Shown piece by piece: positions 9,057 to 18,348 of a DNA stretch of 64,000 nucleotides. This DNA is from an uncultured virus (IMG/VR IMGVR_UViG_3300045999_007835). Its lineage: Duplodnaviria; Heunggongvirae; Uroviricota; Caudoviricetes. Location: the IMG/VR virus record IMGVR_UViG_3300045999_007835; one strand, written 5' to 3'. How positions within the stretch are numbered: position 1 is the first letter of the stretch; every line of letters begins with the position of its first letter. The notes beneath the pieces are model-generated. The model searched no databases and was not told where the DNA came from. It saw only the letters and a list, made by a program, of their open reading frames with translations. The position numbers and the translations under genes were made by a program.

Positions 9057-9340
9057 GTAACGGCCCGCAAACCCTTGCAGACCTAATCAGAGACCGACTG
9101 GAGATATACAACATCATGGAAGCAGATCAAAAAGCAGACGACCGGCAGGTGGGCGGTACTCACTACAAGGATATGCCCGTGCAGCCGTGGGAAGTGATGG
9201 AGGCACTGCTGACGCATGAGGAGTTTGTCGGTTTTCTTAAAGGCAACGTTCTGAAGTACGCCATGCGTCAAGGGCGCAAGGACTCCGATGATGCTGGCAA
9301 GCTGAAGCACTACATCCAGAAACTGAACGAGGTGCAGTGA
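9053..9340 (+). CDS. DUF3310 / SaV-like protein (T7 gp1.7-related)
   Basis: QVGGTHY...QPWE...GFLKGNVLKY.MR.G.K...D..K..HY. Confidence 0.85.
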   Translation: MSNGPQTLADLIRDRLEIYNIMEADQKADDRQVGGTHYKDMPVQPWEVMEALLTHEEFVGFLKGNVLKYAMRQGRKDSDDAGKLKHYIQKLNEVQ

Positions 9341-9633
9341 TGGCACGTACCCCCGAGGGCGCGGTAAAGGCCAAAGTCAAGAAGGAGCTGGATGAGCTGG
9401 GGGCGTACCACTTCGCGCCTCCGGCCAATGGCTACGGTCGCATGGGTGTCCCCGATATCGTGGGCTGCTATCGGGGGTACTTCTTCGCGATTGAGTGTAA
9501 GGCAGGGAGGGGTAAACCGACTGAGCTTCAGCTGTTGGAGCTGGAGCGCATCCGCGAGGCAGGGGGGATCGCCATCGTGGTGAATGAGGCAAATCTTGAA
9601 GACGTGCGTACCGCACTGGGGGTGAAGGAATGA
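9340..9633 (+). CDS. VRR-NUC nuclease (putative resolvase)
   Basis: TPEG.VK, GVPDIVGC, FFAIECKAG, PT.LQ. Confidence 0.88.
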   Translation: MARTPEGAVKAKVKKELDELGAYHFAPPANGYGRMGVPDIVGCYRGYFFAIECKAGRGKPTELQLLELERIREAGGIAIVVNEANLEDVRTALGVKE

Positions 9634-9764
9634 GCTACGAAGAACAGCGGGCAATTTTGATTCAGTATTTGCAAGTGATGATCGCACGGTGCGACTGGCA
9701 TGGTGTTGCGGACGTGGCGATGGACCTGCGCGAGATGGAAGCCGAACAGCGCGGTGCGAAATGA
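9630..9764 (+). CDS. Small hypothetical protein (MSYEEQRAILIQYLQVMIARCDWHGVAD...)
   Basis: Translated by hand; ATGA-coupled on both sides. Confidence 0.65.
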   Translation: MSYEEQRAILIQYLQVMIARCDWHGVADVAMDLREMEAEQRGAK

Positions 9765-9892
9765 CCGAAGCCTTTTTCATTGGCTGGGCCGTGGGCATCC
9801 TGCTTGGCTATGTGGTCTGGGCACCGGAGACGCGGTTCAAGAAGAACTTCGTTGATGGCCTGACGTTGCGGTTTTTGTGGGGGAAGAAATGA
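9761..9892 (+). CDS. Small membrane protein
   Basis: Hydrophobic N-terminus; ATGA-coupled. Confidence 0.6.
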   Translation: MTEAFFIGWAVGILLGYVVWAPETRFKKNFVDGLTLRFLWGKK

Positions 9893-10077
9893 GACGCCGC
9901 CGGTACTGCGTCATGCTCTACAAGGCCCGCAAGTTTTCGTTTGGCTACAGCAACTTTATCGTCACGCCGTATCTCGGTCGGGCGCGGTACTACGCGAAAC
10001 GGTTGAAGGTAAGGGACAGGCAGATTGATGTGCGGGAACGTGGACGAGCGTATGTCCTTGCATGGAGTTCGCTATGA
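9889..10077 (+). CDS. Basic hypothetical protein
   Basis: ATGA-coupled. Confidence 0.55.
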   Translation: MRRRRYCVMLYKARKFSFGYSNFIVTPYLGRARYYAKRLKVRDRQIDVRERGRAYVLAWSSL

Positions 10078-10436
10078 GCATCGCGGTCATGGAACAAGCA
10101 TTAGCCTACATTGAGGAAGTTGACTACGGGCCGTATGACAGCGGACCGATTGTGTCAGCCCTCCGCGCTGCCATCGAGCAGGCTGAGAAGCAGGAGCCGG
10201 TGGCGTGGGTTTGCGAAGGAATTTCGTCCGACGAAAAACACAGCATCGACTATCAGCAAGAGGATATTGATGCACTGCCTGTTGGCACGATGCTCTACAC
10301 CACCCCACCCGCCGAGCCGCGCAAATGGGTCGGGCTGACGAATGAGGACATCATTGAGATGTGGCCTGAAACATCGACGGTCGGGTGGGATGACATTCGG
10401 CTAATCGAAGCAAAGCTAAAGGAGAAGAACACATGA
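10074..10436 (+). CDS. Modular hypothetical protein (QEPVAW..LYT.P..WVGLT..IEAKLKEKNT)
   Basis: Motifs shared with 11033 and 11371 genes. Confidence 0.75.
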   Translation: MSIAVMEQALAYIEEVDYGPYDSGPIVSALRAAIEQAEKQEPVAWVCEGISSDEKHSIDYQQEDIDALPVGTMLYTTPPAEPRKWVGLTNEDIIEMWPETSTVGWDDIRLIEAKLKEKNT

Positions 10437-10807
10437 GCATGACAATGCACGAGTACGAACAGTGGTCAGCCAGAATGAAACAGGAGAAAGAGATGAACGA
10501 ATCACAGGCAAGCAGAGTTATTGGAACTGCATACGTTGAAAAGACCAAACAAGACCCGCCCATCGTGGTACAGATGAACATCTTGGATAAACAATTGTCG
10601 GTCTTGCAGGATCACATCTTTCAGCTTGAATCAAAACTTTCTCCTGTTCTGCAAGAGGTTCCTCCCGCCCCACAAGAACAACCCCCCGGAATCCAAAAAC
10701 TGCCATTCGGGTCGTCTGTGTTGTTTAACGGATTGCAATCGCTGAATGGTCATGTCACCAGACTACAAGCGCGGATTATTGAAATCACAGAACGGGTTGA
10801 GGTGTGA
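10433..10807 (+). CDS. Coiled-coil hypothetical protein
   Basis: AGGAG RBS, ATGA overlap. Confidence 0.7.
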   Translation: MSMTMHEYEQWSARMKQEKEMNESQASRVIGTAYVEKTKQDPPIVVQMNILDKQLSVLQDHIFQLESKLSPVLQEVPPAPQEQPPGIQKLPFGSSVLFNGLQSLNGHVTRLQARIIEITERVEV

Positions 10808-10808
10808 C

Positions 10809-11036
10809 ATGGCTAACATAAAACCCGTAGACATCCCCAACCAATACAAAGAATCTGCGCACGAAGTTTTGCAAGAAGCGATGGATGAGAACCCGGACAC
10901 AGTTGTAGTGATGCTGTTCTGGAAAGCTCGTAATCAATTCATGATTAAAACGTCTATGCAGCAAGACAGGCTGAGTTTGATCGGCGCGATTGAAGAGGCG
11001 AAGGCGAAGGTTATTAAGGATGGATACGCACCATGA
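10809..11036 (+). CDS. Hypothetical protein
   Basis: GAGG RBS at MANIKP. Confidence 0.65.
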   Translation: MANIKPVDIPNQYKESAHEVLQEAMDENPDTVVVMLFWKARNQFMIKTSMQQDRLSLIGAIEEAKAKVIKDGYAP

Positions 11037-11374
11037 GTGGCGATCACAACATGAATCAGAAACCGGTGGCGTGGTTTCATGAGGAAAAGTACAAGACACA
11101 TTTCACCACCAATCCCAGCGAAGACATGATTGGAAAGTATTGGCAACCGCTCTACACCGCACCGCTCACTGTGTCTATGCAGGAGCCGGTAGGCGAAGTT
11201 CTGAATGAGCGTGGTGAGGTTGACTACATCAGCTATATACCTCCAGTCGGAACGCCGCTCTACACAGCACAGCGACAGCGGGTTACGTTCCCAACGATGC
11301 TACGCAAGATGTGGTCAGGCCGCGAAGTACAGGCGTGGCTGGATGAAAACGTAAACAAGGAGAAGAACACATGA
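11033..11374 (+). CDS. Modular hypothetical protein (PVAW/PLYTA modules)
   Basis: Repeated modules, ends KEKNT. Confidence 0.75.
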   Translation: MSGDHNMNQKPVAWFHEEKYKTHFTTNPSEDMIGKYWQPLYTAPLTVSMQEPVGEVLNERGEVDYISYIPPVGTPLYTAQRQRVTFPTMLRKMWSGREVQAWLDENVNKEKNT

Positions 11375-12222
11375 CCACACACATCACGAAAACATGGTTT
11401 GATGGGGAGAAGGTAGTGATGAAGGAAATCCCTGAGTCGGAGGTTTACAAACAGGAGCCGGTGGCTTGGGCCGACATGGATGTGCGCGGGGAAGATAAAG
11501 GGCTGTCGTGGACTCCGGGGCAGTTTCATACGCAGCCCCTTTATACCGCGCCACAATCAATCAATGAATTTAAACCGGACTGGGACACGGTAAAGGCATA
11601 CGACGAAAAGTTCGCTGAGATGCTGGATGAGCAGCAACGGCTGAGAGCTGAACTTAAACGGACGGAACAGCGGCTGCACGATGTGGCGACACTTTGCGCG
11701 AATGTTGAAGGTGTATTGAAAGCGGTTAACACCGCAGCCATGAAACTGACCGCCGATCTAACTTGCATGGACGTTGACAACGATGATCGACTGGATCGTG
11801 ACCACGTTATGGAACGAGTTATGCGGTGGCGAAACGAGTGGGACAAGGCGATGTTTGAATACAAGCCGAAAGCCGCACCGCGCCAAGAGCATTACGACCA
11901 AACCTCACTCGAACTGTGCAAGGAATGCGGCTGGAAGGCCGTGATCCCCGGTGATGGTTGTCTGGTCTGTGCGCGGCAGAAGGCGAAGCCGGTTGCGTGG
12001 ATGTACGACTTCCTAGCAGACGACCGAGACAAAGTGATTCGAAATTGGGTTACGCAATCGCAGGATGACATCAAACGAGAGAACGGTTTCAACGTGCGAC
12101 CGCTCTACACCGCACCGCGCCAATGGGTCGGGCTGACGGATGAGGAAGTGAACGAGTTTTATTGGATTAGCGCCTTAACTGTTGAAGCTATCGAAGCAAA
12201 ACTAAAGGAAAAGAACACATGA
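11371..12222 (+). CDS. Modular hypothetical protein with CxxC..CxxC Zn ribbon
   Basis: PVAW/PLYTAP modules, CKECG...CLVC, ends IEAKLKEKNT. Confidence 0.75.
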   Translation: MTTHITKTWFDGEKVVMKEIPESEVYKQEPVAWADMDVRGEDKGLSWTPGQFHTQPLYTAPQSINEFKPDWDTVKAYDEKFAEMLDEQQRLRAELKRTEQRLHDVATLCANVEGVLKAVNTAAMKLTADLTCMDVDNDDRLDRDHVMERVMRWRNEWDKAMFEYKPKAAPRQEHYDQTSLELCKECGWKAVIPGDGCLVCARQKAKPVAWMYDFLADDRDKVIRNWVTQSQDDIKRENGFNVRPLYTAPRQWVGLTDEEVNEFYWISALTVEAIEAKLKEKNT

Positions 12223-14048
12223 ACCGAGTCGTACTGGACTTTGAGACGTACTACGACCGCGATTACTCGCTCACCAAGCTGACGACAGAGGAGTACATCC
12301 GCGACGAGCGGTTCGAGGCAATCGGTGTTGCCATCAAGATCAACGACGAGCCTGCGCAGTGGTACCCCCAGATGCACATTGAGAAGGGACTGCGCACCGT
12401 CGATTGGGAGAACTCGCTTGTGATCGGACAGAACATGATGTTCGACGCGGCCATCCTCGCTTGGCGGTTCGATCGCAAAGCCCGGGCGTGGGGCGATACG
12501 CTAGGCATGTCTCGAGCACTGTTCCCACATGACAAGGCCCACGGCCTTGCTGCACAGGCCAAGCGCCACAGCATCGGTATGAAGGGCGACGAGGTCATCA
12601 ACGCGCTGGGCAAACGCCATGCGGACTTTACCGAGGAGCAACTCGCTCGCTACGGCGAGTACTGCATCAACGACGTCGAGCTAACCACTAAGCTTTTCGA
12701 TCTCTACGCCACGGACTATAAGTTCCCAGTCGGCGAGATGAAGCTGATCGATGCAACGCTTCGTATGTTCGTAGAGCCTAAGCTCGTGCTGGATGCACCG
12801 CTCCTGCGGGAGTACGTCGTCGAGGTCCGCGAGACCCAAGAGGCCCTGCTCGCTGCGGTGAACGTCGATCGTGCTCAGTTCATGTCGAACAAACAGTTTG
12901 CAGAACTCCTGCGTGAGTACGGCGTTGAGCCGCCCACCAAGATCAGCCTCACCACAGGCAAGGAGACCTACGCCTTCGCCAAGACCGACGAGGACTTCAA
13001 GCGGTTGATGGAGGAGCACCCGGATCCGCGCGTGAACGCGCTGGTGGCCGCCCGGCTGGGGGTCAAGTCAACAATCGAAGAGACTCGCGCAGAGCGCTTC
13101 CTGCAGATGTCGAACCGTGGTGCGTTCCCCGTGCCCCTGCGGTACTACGGCGCTCACTCAGGCCGCTGGTCCGGGCAAGACAAGGTGAACCTCCAGAACC
13201 TGCCGGCGCGGGACCCGACCAAGAACACGCTCAAGCGCGCGATCAAGGCACCCCCGGGCTACGTCATCATCGACTGCGACTCTTCGCAGATCGAAGCGCG
13301 TACGCTCGCATGGCTGGCCGGACAGATGGATCTCGTCGATGCGTTCGCGAACAAGCAGGACGTCTATCGGATCATGGCTGCGCAGATCTATGGCGTAGCA
13401 CCAGACCAAGTGGACAAGACGCAGCGGCAGGTGGGCAAGACCGTGATCCTTGGTGCCGGGTACGGCGTCGGGCATGCCAAGCTGCGGCTCTTCCTGAAGA
13501 CGGGCGCGAAGGTCGAGGTGTCAGAGGAAGAAGCCAAGCGGATCATCGATACGTACCGGCGGACGTACTACCGCATCCCCGAGTTGTGGAAGCGCGCTGA
13601 CACAGCGCTTGCCATGCTGGCTGCGCAGATGCCCATGCCAGTGGACGCCCAACAACTTGTGCACGTGGTACCCGGCAAGGGGCTGAGCCTCCCCAGCGGG
13701 CTGCATATCCAGTATCCCGACCTGCGACAGTTCGCAGACGAGGAAGGGCAGCTCCGGTGGCACTACACGTCACGAGGACGCATAGTGGCTGTCTACGGTG
13801 GGAAGTGCGTGGAGAACTTCACGCAGGCTGTTGCGCGGTGCGTGGTGGGTGAGCAGATGCTGCGCATCGCCAAGCGGTATACGCCCGTGCTGACGGTGCA
13901 CGATGCGGTGGCTTGCATCGCGCCGGAAGAGGAGGCCGAGGAGGCGCAGCGCTACGTGGAGGAGTGCATGTCGTGGCGCCCGCGATGGGCAGGGACCCTG
14001 CCGCTTGCTTGCGAGGCCGGTCGAGGCGCATCATACGGGGATTGCTAA
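12219..14048 (+). CDS. DNA polymerase family A with 3'-5' exonuclease
   Basis: ExoI DFET, SGRWSG..NLQNLP, motif A DSSQIEAR, motif B RQVGKTVILGAGYG, motif C VHD. Confidence 0.95.
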   Translation: MNRVVLDFETYYDRDYSLTKLTTEEYIRDERFEAIGVAIKINDEPAQWYPQMHIEKGLRTVDWENSLVIGQNMMFDAAILAWRFDRKARAWGDTLGMSRALFPHDKAHGLAAQAKRHSIGMKGDEVINALGKRHADFTEEQLARYGEYCINDVELTTKLFDLYATDYKFPVGEMKLIDATLRMFVEPKLVLDAPLLREYVVEVRETQEALLAAVNVDRAQFMSNKQFAELLREYGVEPPTKISLTTGKETYAFAKTDEDFKRLMEEHPDPRVNALVAARLGVKSTIEETRAERFLQMSNRGAFPVPLRYYGAHSGRWSGQDKVNLQNLPARDPTKNTLKRAIKAPPGYVIIDCDSSQIEARTLAWLAGQMDLVDAFANKQDVYRIMAAQIYGVAPDQVDKTQRQVGKTVILGAGYGVGHAKLRLFLKTGAKVEVSEEEAKRIIDTYRRTYYRIPELWKRADTALAMLAAQMPMPVDAQQLVHVVPGKGLSLPSGLHIQYPDLRQFADEEGQLRWHYTSRGRIVAVYGGKCVENFTQAVARCVVGEQMLRIAKRYTPVLTVHDAVACIAPEEEAEEAQRYVEECMSWRPRWAGTLPLACEAGRGASYGDC

Positions 14049-14062
14049 ATGCGAAACTCAAA

Positions 14063-14710
14063 ATGCCACACTCCCATTCCTCCATCAAAGACTTCCAAGG
14101 TTGCAGTCGTCGATACCAACAAGTCCGAATCCTCAAGCGATTTAAGTCGGCGCCAACGGAAGCAACTATGTACGGCGAACGTGTCCATAAAGCGTTTGAA
14201 TCTTTTTTCGCTGGGGGCGGACTCCCTAATGATCTCGAACGTCACCGAGGAGTTTTGGAGCACATCCGAGATATGACTGGAGAGCGTCACTGCGAAAGGA
14301 AAATGGGGTTCACCAAAGACTTCCAACCCTGTGAGTTCTTCGCAAAAGACGTCTTCTTCCGTGGCATCCCCGATCTCCTCCTTGTCAACGGCCCGTCCGC
14401 ATGGGTAGCCGATTGGAAGACCGGGAAGAGCAGCCGCTTCGCCGACACGTCGCAGCTCGAGCTGATGGCTGCGATGATCATGGTGCACTACCCCGAGGTG
14501 AAGAAGGTCAAGGGGATGCTGTTCTTTCTCGTGGCCGGCGACATCATTCGGGCGGAGTACACCCGAGAGCAGCTCCCCGAGATCCTGTCCAAGTGGACGG
14601 GCTACGCAGATCAGATCGATGGTATGAACCCCGACCAGCCGTGGCCGGCAAAGCCCAGTGGGCTCTGCAATTTTTGCCCGGTGTCGGAAGAAGTATGCGA
14701 ACACAGGTGA
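14063..14710 (+). CDS. PD-(D/E)XK (Cas4/RecB-like) exonuclease
   Basis: SHSSIKDFQGC, G..VH, RGIPD, DWKTGK, QL, CNFCP...C. Confidence 0.9.
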   Translation: MPHSHSSIKDFQGCSRRYQQVRILKRFKSAPTEATMYGERVHKAFESFFAGGGLPNDLERHRGVLEHIRDMTGERHCERKMGFTKDFQPCEFFAKDVFFRGIPDLLLVNGPSAWVADWKTGKSSRFADTSQLELMAAMIMVHYPEVKKVKGMLFFLVAGDIIRAEYTREQLPEILSKWTGYADQIDGMNPDQPWPAKPSGLCNFCPVSEEVCEHR

Positions 14711-14713
14711 TAT

Positions 14714-14971
14714 ATGCCGCGCAACTACAAGTCAGAGTACGAGAATTATCAGGGTACGACGGAGCAGAAACAGAACCGCGCCATGCGGAACAAGGCACGT
14801 CGGGAGATGATCAAGGCCGGGCGCGTGAAGAAGGGCGATGGCATGGACGTCGACCACAAGAAGCCGCTTAGCAAGGGCGGCAGCACGGGTGCGTCGAACC
14901 TGCGGGTCAAACCTAAGTCTGCCAATCGCAGCTTTGCAAGAACGTCGTCAGGCGCAATGAAGAAGGCTTGA
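14714..14971 (+). CDS. Small HNH endonuclease-like protein
   Basis: DVDHKKPLSKGGS...NLRV...NRS. Confidence 0.8.
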   Translation: MPRNYKSEYENYQGTTEQKQNRAMRNKARREMIKAGRVKKGDGMDVDHKKPLSKGGSTGASNLRVKPKSANRSFARTSSGAMKKA

Positions 14972-14995
14972 CGCAGTAATCGGTTTCGGTATGAT
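14968..14995 (+). promoter_or_regulatory. Putative sigma70 promoter
   Basis: TTGACG-16bp-TATGAT. Confidence 0.55.
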
Positions 14996-15040
14996 GGGGA
15001 GGCCCACGTTGGTTGCGGGGGCTCCTTCAGAAGTGTCTTA

Positions 15041-15069
15041 GCGCGGGGTCCCCTCCCCGCGCCTTTTTT
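15041..15069 (+). terminator. Rho-independent terminator
   Basis: GCGCGGGG-loop-CCCCGCGC followed by CTTTTTT. Confidence 0.75.
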
Positions 15070-15115
15070 GCCGAGGTACGGACCGTACCTTGGCGATTTT
15101 GCTTCATGGGTGCAC

Positions 15116-16666
15116 ATGCAAATCATCGAAAACAAGGCCCTGCTGCTGACCACACGCAAGGCCGATCAGATCGTTCGGCTCATCCCCAAGAGCAAGCTCC
15201 TCGAGCGGCAAGGGGATCTTGGCAGGGTGCTGGTCAACTGGGGTTACGACGAGGCGCGGATCCTGCGCAACCTGCGCATCAAGGACGTGCCAAGCCCCAT
15301 CCTCGGGCGGTACAAGTGGCCGGGCATCTTCAGCCCGTTCGAGCACCAGCGCACCACTGCAGCTTTTCTGACTTCGCATCCTCGAGCATTCGTTCTGTCG
15401 GACCCGGGCACGGGCAAGACCAGCGCTGCTGCATGGGCGGCGGACTACCTAATGACGATCGGCGTTATCAAGCGCGTTCTGATCGTATGCCCGGTGTCCA
15501 TCATGGAGACGGCGTGGCTGTCTGACCTCTTCAAGACAGTGATGCACCGCACGGCGGCGCTCGCAGTGGGCACGCGTGCCAAGCGCGAAGCGGTGATCGC
15601 CGGGGGCTACGAGTTTGTCATCATCAACTACGACGGCGTGAAGGTAGTTCGCGAGGCGCTTGCCAACGGTGGATTTGATCTGATCATTGCTGACGAAGCC
15701 AACGCGGTGAAGTCGGTGACGACGGACCGGTGGCGCGCGCTTGCAGGGCTGATCACTGCGCACACACGCCTGTGGATGATGACGGGCACCCCGGCGGCAC
15801 AGTCGCCTGTGGATGCCTACGGACTTGCCAAGCTCGTGAACCCGGCGGGGGTACCCAAGTTCTTCGGTGCGTTCCGCGACCGTGTGATGTACAAGGCCAC
15901 GCAGTTCAAATGGATCCCTCGAGCCAACGCCTCCGAGATCGTGCACAGCGTCCTGCAGCCTGCCATCCGGTTCTCCAAGGCGGAGTGCTTAGATCTCCCA
16001 GACATGCTGTACACAACGCGGGAGGTACCGCTGACCGCGCAGCAAGAGAAGTACTACGAGAAGATTCGCAAGTCGATGGTGGCGACGGCGGCTGGCGAGC
16101 GCATCACAGCGGTCAACGCAGCGGGCATGATCAACAAGCTCCTGCAGATCAGCCAAGGCGTGGCGTACACCGAGGATCGGGAAGTTGTTGAGTTCGACAT
16201 GCGCAACCGCATGGATGAGCTGCTCGATGTCATCCGGGCTACGCCCAACAAAGTGATCGTCTTCGTGCCGTTCAAGCATGCGCTCGAGCGTGTGGAGCAG
16301 GAGCTGATCAAGGAGGGCATCTCGGTTGCCACCATCCACGGGGGTACCCCCGCTTCACATCGCGCCCAGAACATCAAGCGCTTCCAGACGGAAGATGACC
16401 CGCGAGTCATTATGCTGATCCCGCAGGCTGCCGCACACGGCATCACGCTCACCAAGGCGGACACCATCGTCTGGTGGGGGCCCATCGCCTCGGCTGAACT
16501 CTACATGCAGGGTAACGCCCGGGCGCACCGTGCCGGCCAGCGCAACCCAGTCACCGTGGTGCGCATCCAAGGCAGCCCCGTGGAGAAGCGGATTTACAAC
16601 CTGCTCGATGGAAAAGTGGACCTTCATCAGGGCCTCGTCGAACTTTACGAACAGGAGATTGCTTGA
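15116..16666 (+). CDS. SNF2-family helicase
   Basis: DPGTGKT, IIADEA, MTGTP, HGITLT, QGNARAHRAGQ. Confidence 0.92.
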   Translation: MQIIENKALLLTTRKADQIVRLIPKSKLLERQGDLGRVLVNWGYDEARILRNLRIKDVPSPILGRYKWPGIFSPFEHQRTTAAFLTSHPRAFVLSDPGTGKTSAAAWAADYLMTIGVIKRVLIVCPVSIMETAWLSDLFKTVMHRTAALAVGTRAKREAVIAGGYEFVIINYDGVKVVREALANGGFDLIIADEANAVKSVTTDRWRALAGLITAHTRLWMMTGTPAAQSPVDAYGLAKLVNPAGVPKFFGAFRDRVMYKATQFKWIPRANASEIVHSVLQPAIRFSKAECLDLPDMLYTTREVPLTAQQEKYYEKIRKSMVATAAGERITAVNAAGMINKLLQISQGVAYTEDREVVEFDMRNRMDELLDVIRATPNKVIVFVPFKHALERVEQELIKEGISVATIHGGTPASHRAQNIKRFQTEDDPRVIMLIPQAAAHGITLTKADTIVWWGPIASAELYMQGNARAHRAGQRNPVTVVRIQGSPVEKRIYNLLDGKVDLHQGLVELYEQEIA

Positions 16667-16690
16667 CATAGTTATTCGCCCCTGTATAAT
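16663..16690 (+). promoter_or_regulatory. Consensus sigma70 promoter
   Basis: TTGACA-16bp-TATAAT, followed by AAGGAG RBS. Confidence 0.85.
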
Positions 16691-16722
16691 TCTAAGTCCA
16701 ATATAAAAGAAGGAGCTGTCCC

Positions 16723-17112
16723 GTGGATGCTGACAAACTTGTCGCTGCATACATCAAGATGCGCGACGCAAAAGACGCCATCACGCGCGAGTACGATGCC
16801 AAGGTCAACGAGATCAAGGAGCAGATGGAGCTGATTGAGCAAGCTCTGCTCGAGATCTGCAAGTCGACCGGGCAAGACGGCGGACGCACGACGCACGGCA
16901 CGTTCAGCCGCAGCGTCAAGACGCGATACTGGACCAATGATTGGGACTCCATGTACCGCTTTATCAAAGAACACGACGCTATCCAGCTTCTGGAGCAGCG
17001 AGTGCACCAAGGCAACATGAAGCAGTTCTTGCAGGAGAACCCGGGCACCCTGCCTGAGGGTTTGAACGCAGACGCTCGTTATGCCATCACGGTCCGTCGG
17101 GCCAGCAAGTAA
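16723..17112 (+). CDS. Conserved phage replication-region protein
   Basis: GTG start with AGGAG; coiled coil then T.HGT, DW...Y.FI, LLE.R. Confidence 0.8.
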   Translation: MDADKLVAAYIKMRDAKDAITREYDAKVNEIKEQMELIEQALLEICKSTGQDGGRTTHGTFSRSVKTRYWTNDWDSMYRFIKEHDAIQLLEQRVHQGNMKQFLQENPGTLPEGLNADARYAITVRRASK

Positions 17113-17129
17113 CCTAAGGAAATACTTCC

Positions 17130-18014
17130 ATGTCTGAAATCACTCTGTTCAAGCAAGCCGGTGTCGCTATCCCTGACTACATTCGTGCCGATGACGACGA
17201 CTTCACGCGCAAGATGGCCGGCAACCCCGGCGGCAAATCGATCAGCATCGAGGGCGGTGTCTGGCGCATGATCGTGGGCGGCGAGGAGATCGCCAAGAAC
17301 GAAGACCGTGCCATGAACTTCGTGGTGGTCAACGGCTCGCCCAACGTGTCGCGGGTCTTCTACTCTGGCAAGTACGTCAAGGGCGAAGCCTCGGCTCCTG
17401 CCTGCTTCTCGGCGGATGGCAAGGCCCCGGATCCCACGGCTGTGAGCCCGCAAAGCTCTGCCTGCGCAACCTGCCCGCAGAACGTCGAAGGGTCGGGCGA
17501 CGGTACGTCGCGTGCCTGCCGTTACTTCCAGCGCATTGCTGTCGCGCTCGAGGGCGATATCGGCGGCAACGTCTATCGCTTGCAGCTCCCGGCCAAGTCG
17601 ATCTTCGGCAAGCCCATCGGGGAGAAGATGCCGTTCCAAGCGTACGCACGGTTCCTTGCGGGCCACGGCGTGCCTATGAAGGGCGTTGTGACCGAGGCTC
17701 GCTTCGATACGTCGCAGTCCGTGCCGGTGCTGACCTTCCGCTCTGTGCGCCCGCTTACCCGGGATGAGTGGGAGCTGTCGCTGCAGCAGGGATCGACCCC
17801 CGATGCCATGCAGGCTATCGAGACGAAGTTCGCCTCGCCCACCAAACGCGCTGCAGCCCCGGCAGCAGCACTGCCCAACACCTTTACGCCGGAAGCCACC
17901 GCGCACATGTCTGAGCCGACCAAGCGAGAGAGCAAGAAAGACGCTCCGCCTGCGCCGCCTAAAGACCTGAACTCGGTGCTCTCCGCATGGAGCTCTGACG
18001 ATGGCGATGAATAA
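17130..18014 (+). CDS. Putative ssDNA-binding/annealing protein
   Basis: C..CPQN..GSG....ACR motif, acidic C-terminus WSSDDGDE, position in the replication module. Confidence 0.6.
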   Translation: MSEITLFKQAGVAIPDYIRADDDDFTRKMAGNPGGKSISIEGGVWRMIVGGEEIAKNEDRAMNFVVVNGSPNVSRVFYSGKYVKGEASAPACFSADGKAPDPTAVSPQSSACATCPQNVEGSGDGTSRACRYFQRIAVALEGDIGGNVYRLQLPAKSIFGKPIGEKMPFQAYARFLAGHGVPMKGVVTEARFDTSQSVPVLTFRSVRPLTRDEWELSLQQGSTPDAMQAIETKFASPTKRAAAPAAALPNTFTPEATAHMSEPTKRESKKDAPPAPPKDLNSVLSAWSSDDGDE

Positions 18015-18255
18015 ATCACGAGGGTACTCCCACAACCTCGTCAAGCTGATCGAGGGCGCTGATCAACAGTCGATCGGCGTGCAGCTTGGTCGTATGTGCA
18101 TTGAGAATGACATCCCGGTGCGCGAGATAGCTACTGCTCTCAACGTGTCACGTATGACGGTGTACCACTGGTTCGCGGGTCGATTCACCCCGCGCCAAGA
18201 GTACGTGACACGGATCGAGCAGTTGCTTGAAGATCGGCGGCGCTCGGCAGTATAG
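18007..18255 (+). CDS. HTH (Cro/XRE-like) regulator
   Basis: VREIATALNVSRMTVYHWFAG. Confidence 0.85.
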   Translation: MNKSRGYSHNLVKLIEGADQQSIGVQLGRMCIENDIPVREIATALNVSRMTVYHWFAGRFTPRQEYVTRIEQLLEDRRRSAV

Positions 18256-18261
18256 TTGTCC

Positions 18262-18320
18262 CCCCGGGGCTAGAGAGGCTTCTCTGACGCAGCGGACCAC
18301 GGCCCGCTGCCCCGGGTTTT
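18262..18320 (+). other. Structured element (putative cis-regulatory RNA) upstream of the primase
   Basis: CCCGGG outer stem enclosing AGAGA/TCTCT and GCAGCGG/CCGCTGC hairpins. Confidence 0.55.
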
Positions 18321-18348
18321 CACCGTGTGCTCAACCGCGTGGGGCAAT

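Noticed and set aside
18262..18320. Hammerhead ribozyme or tRNA
   Set aside because: Lacks the CUGAnGA/GAAA core and tRNA D/T-loop consensus; kept only as a generic structured element
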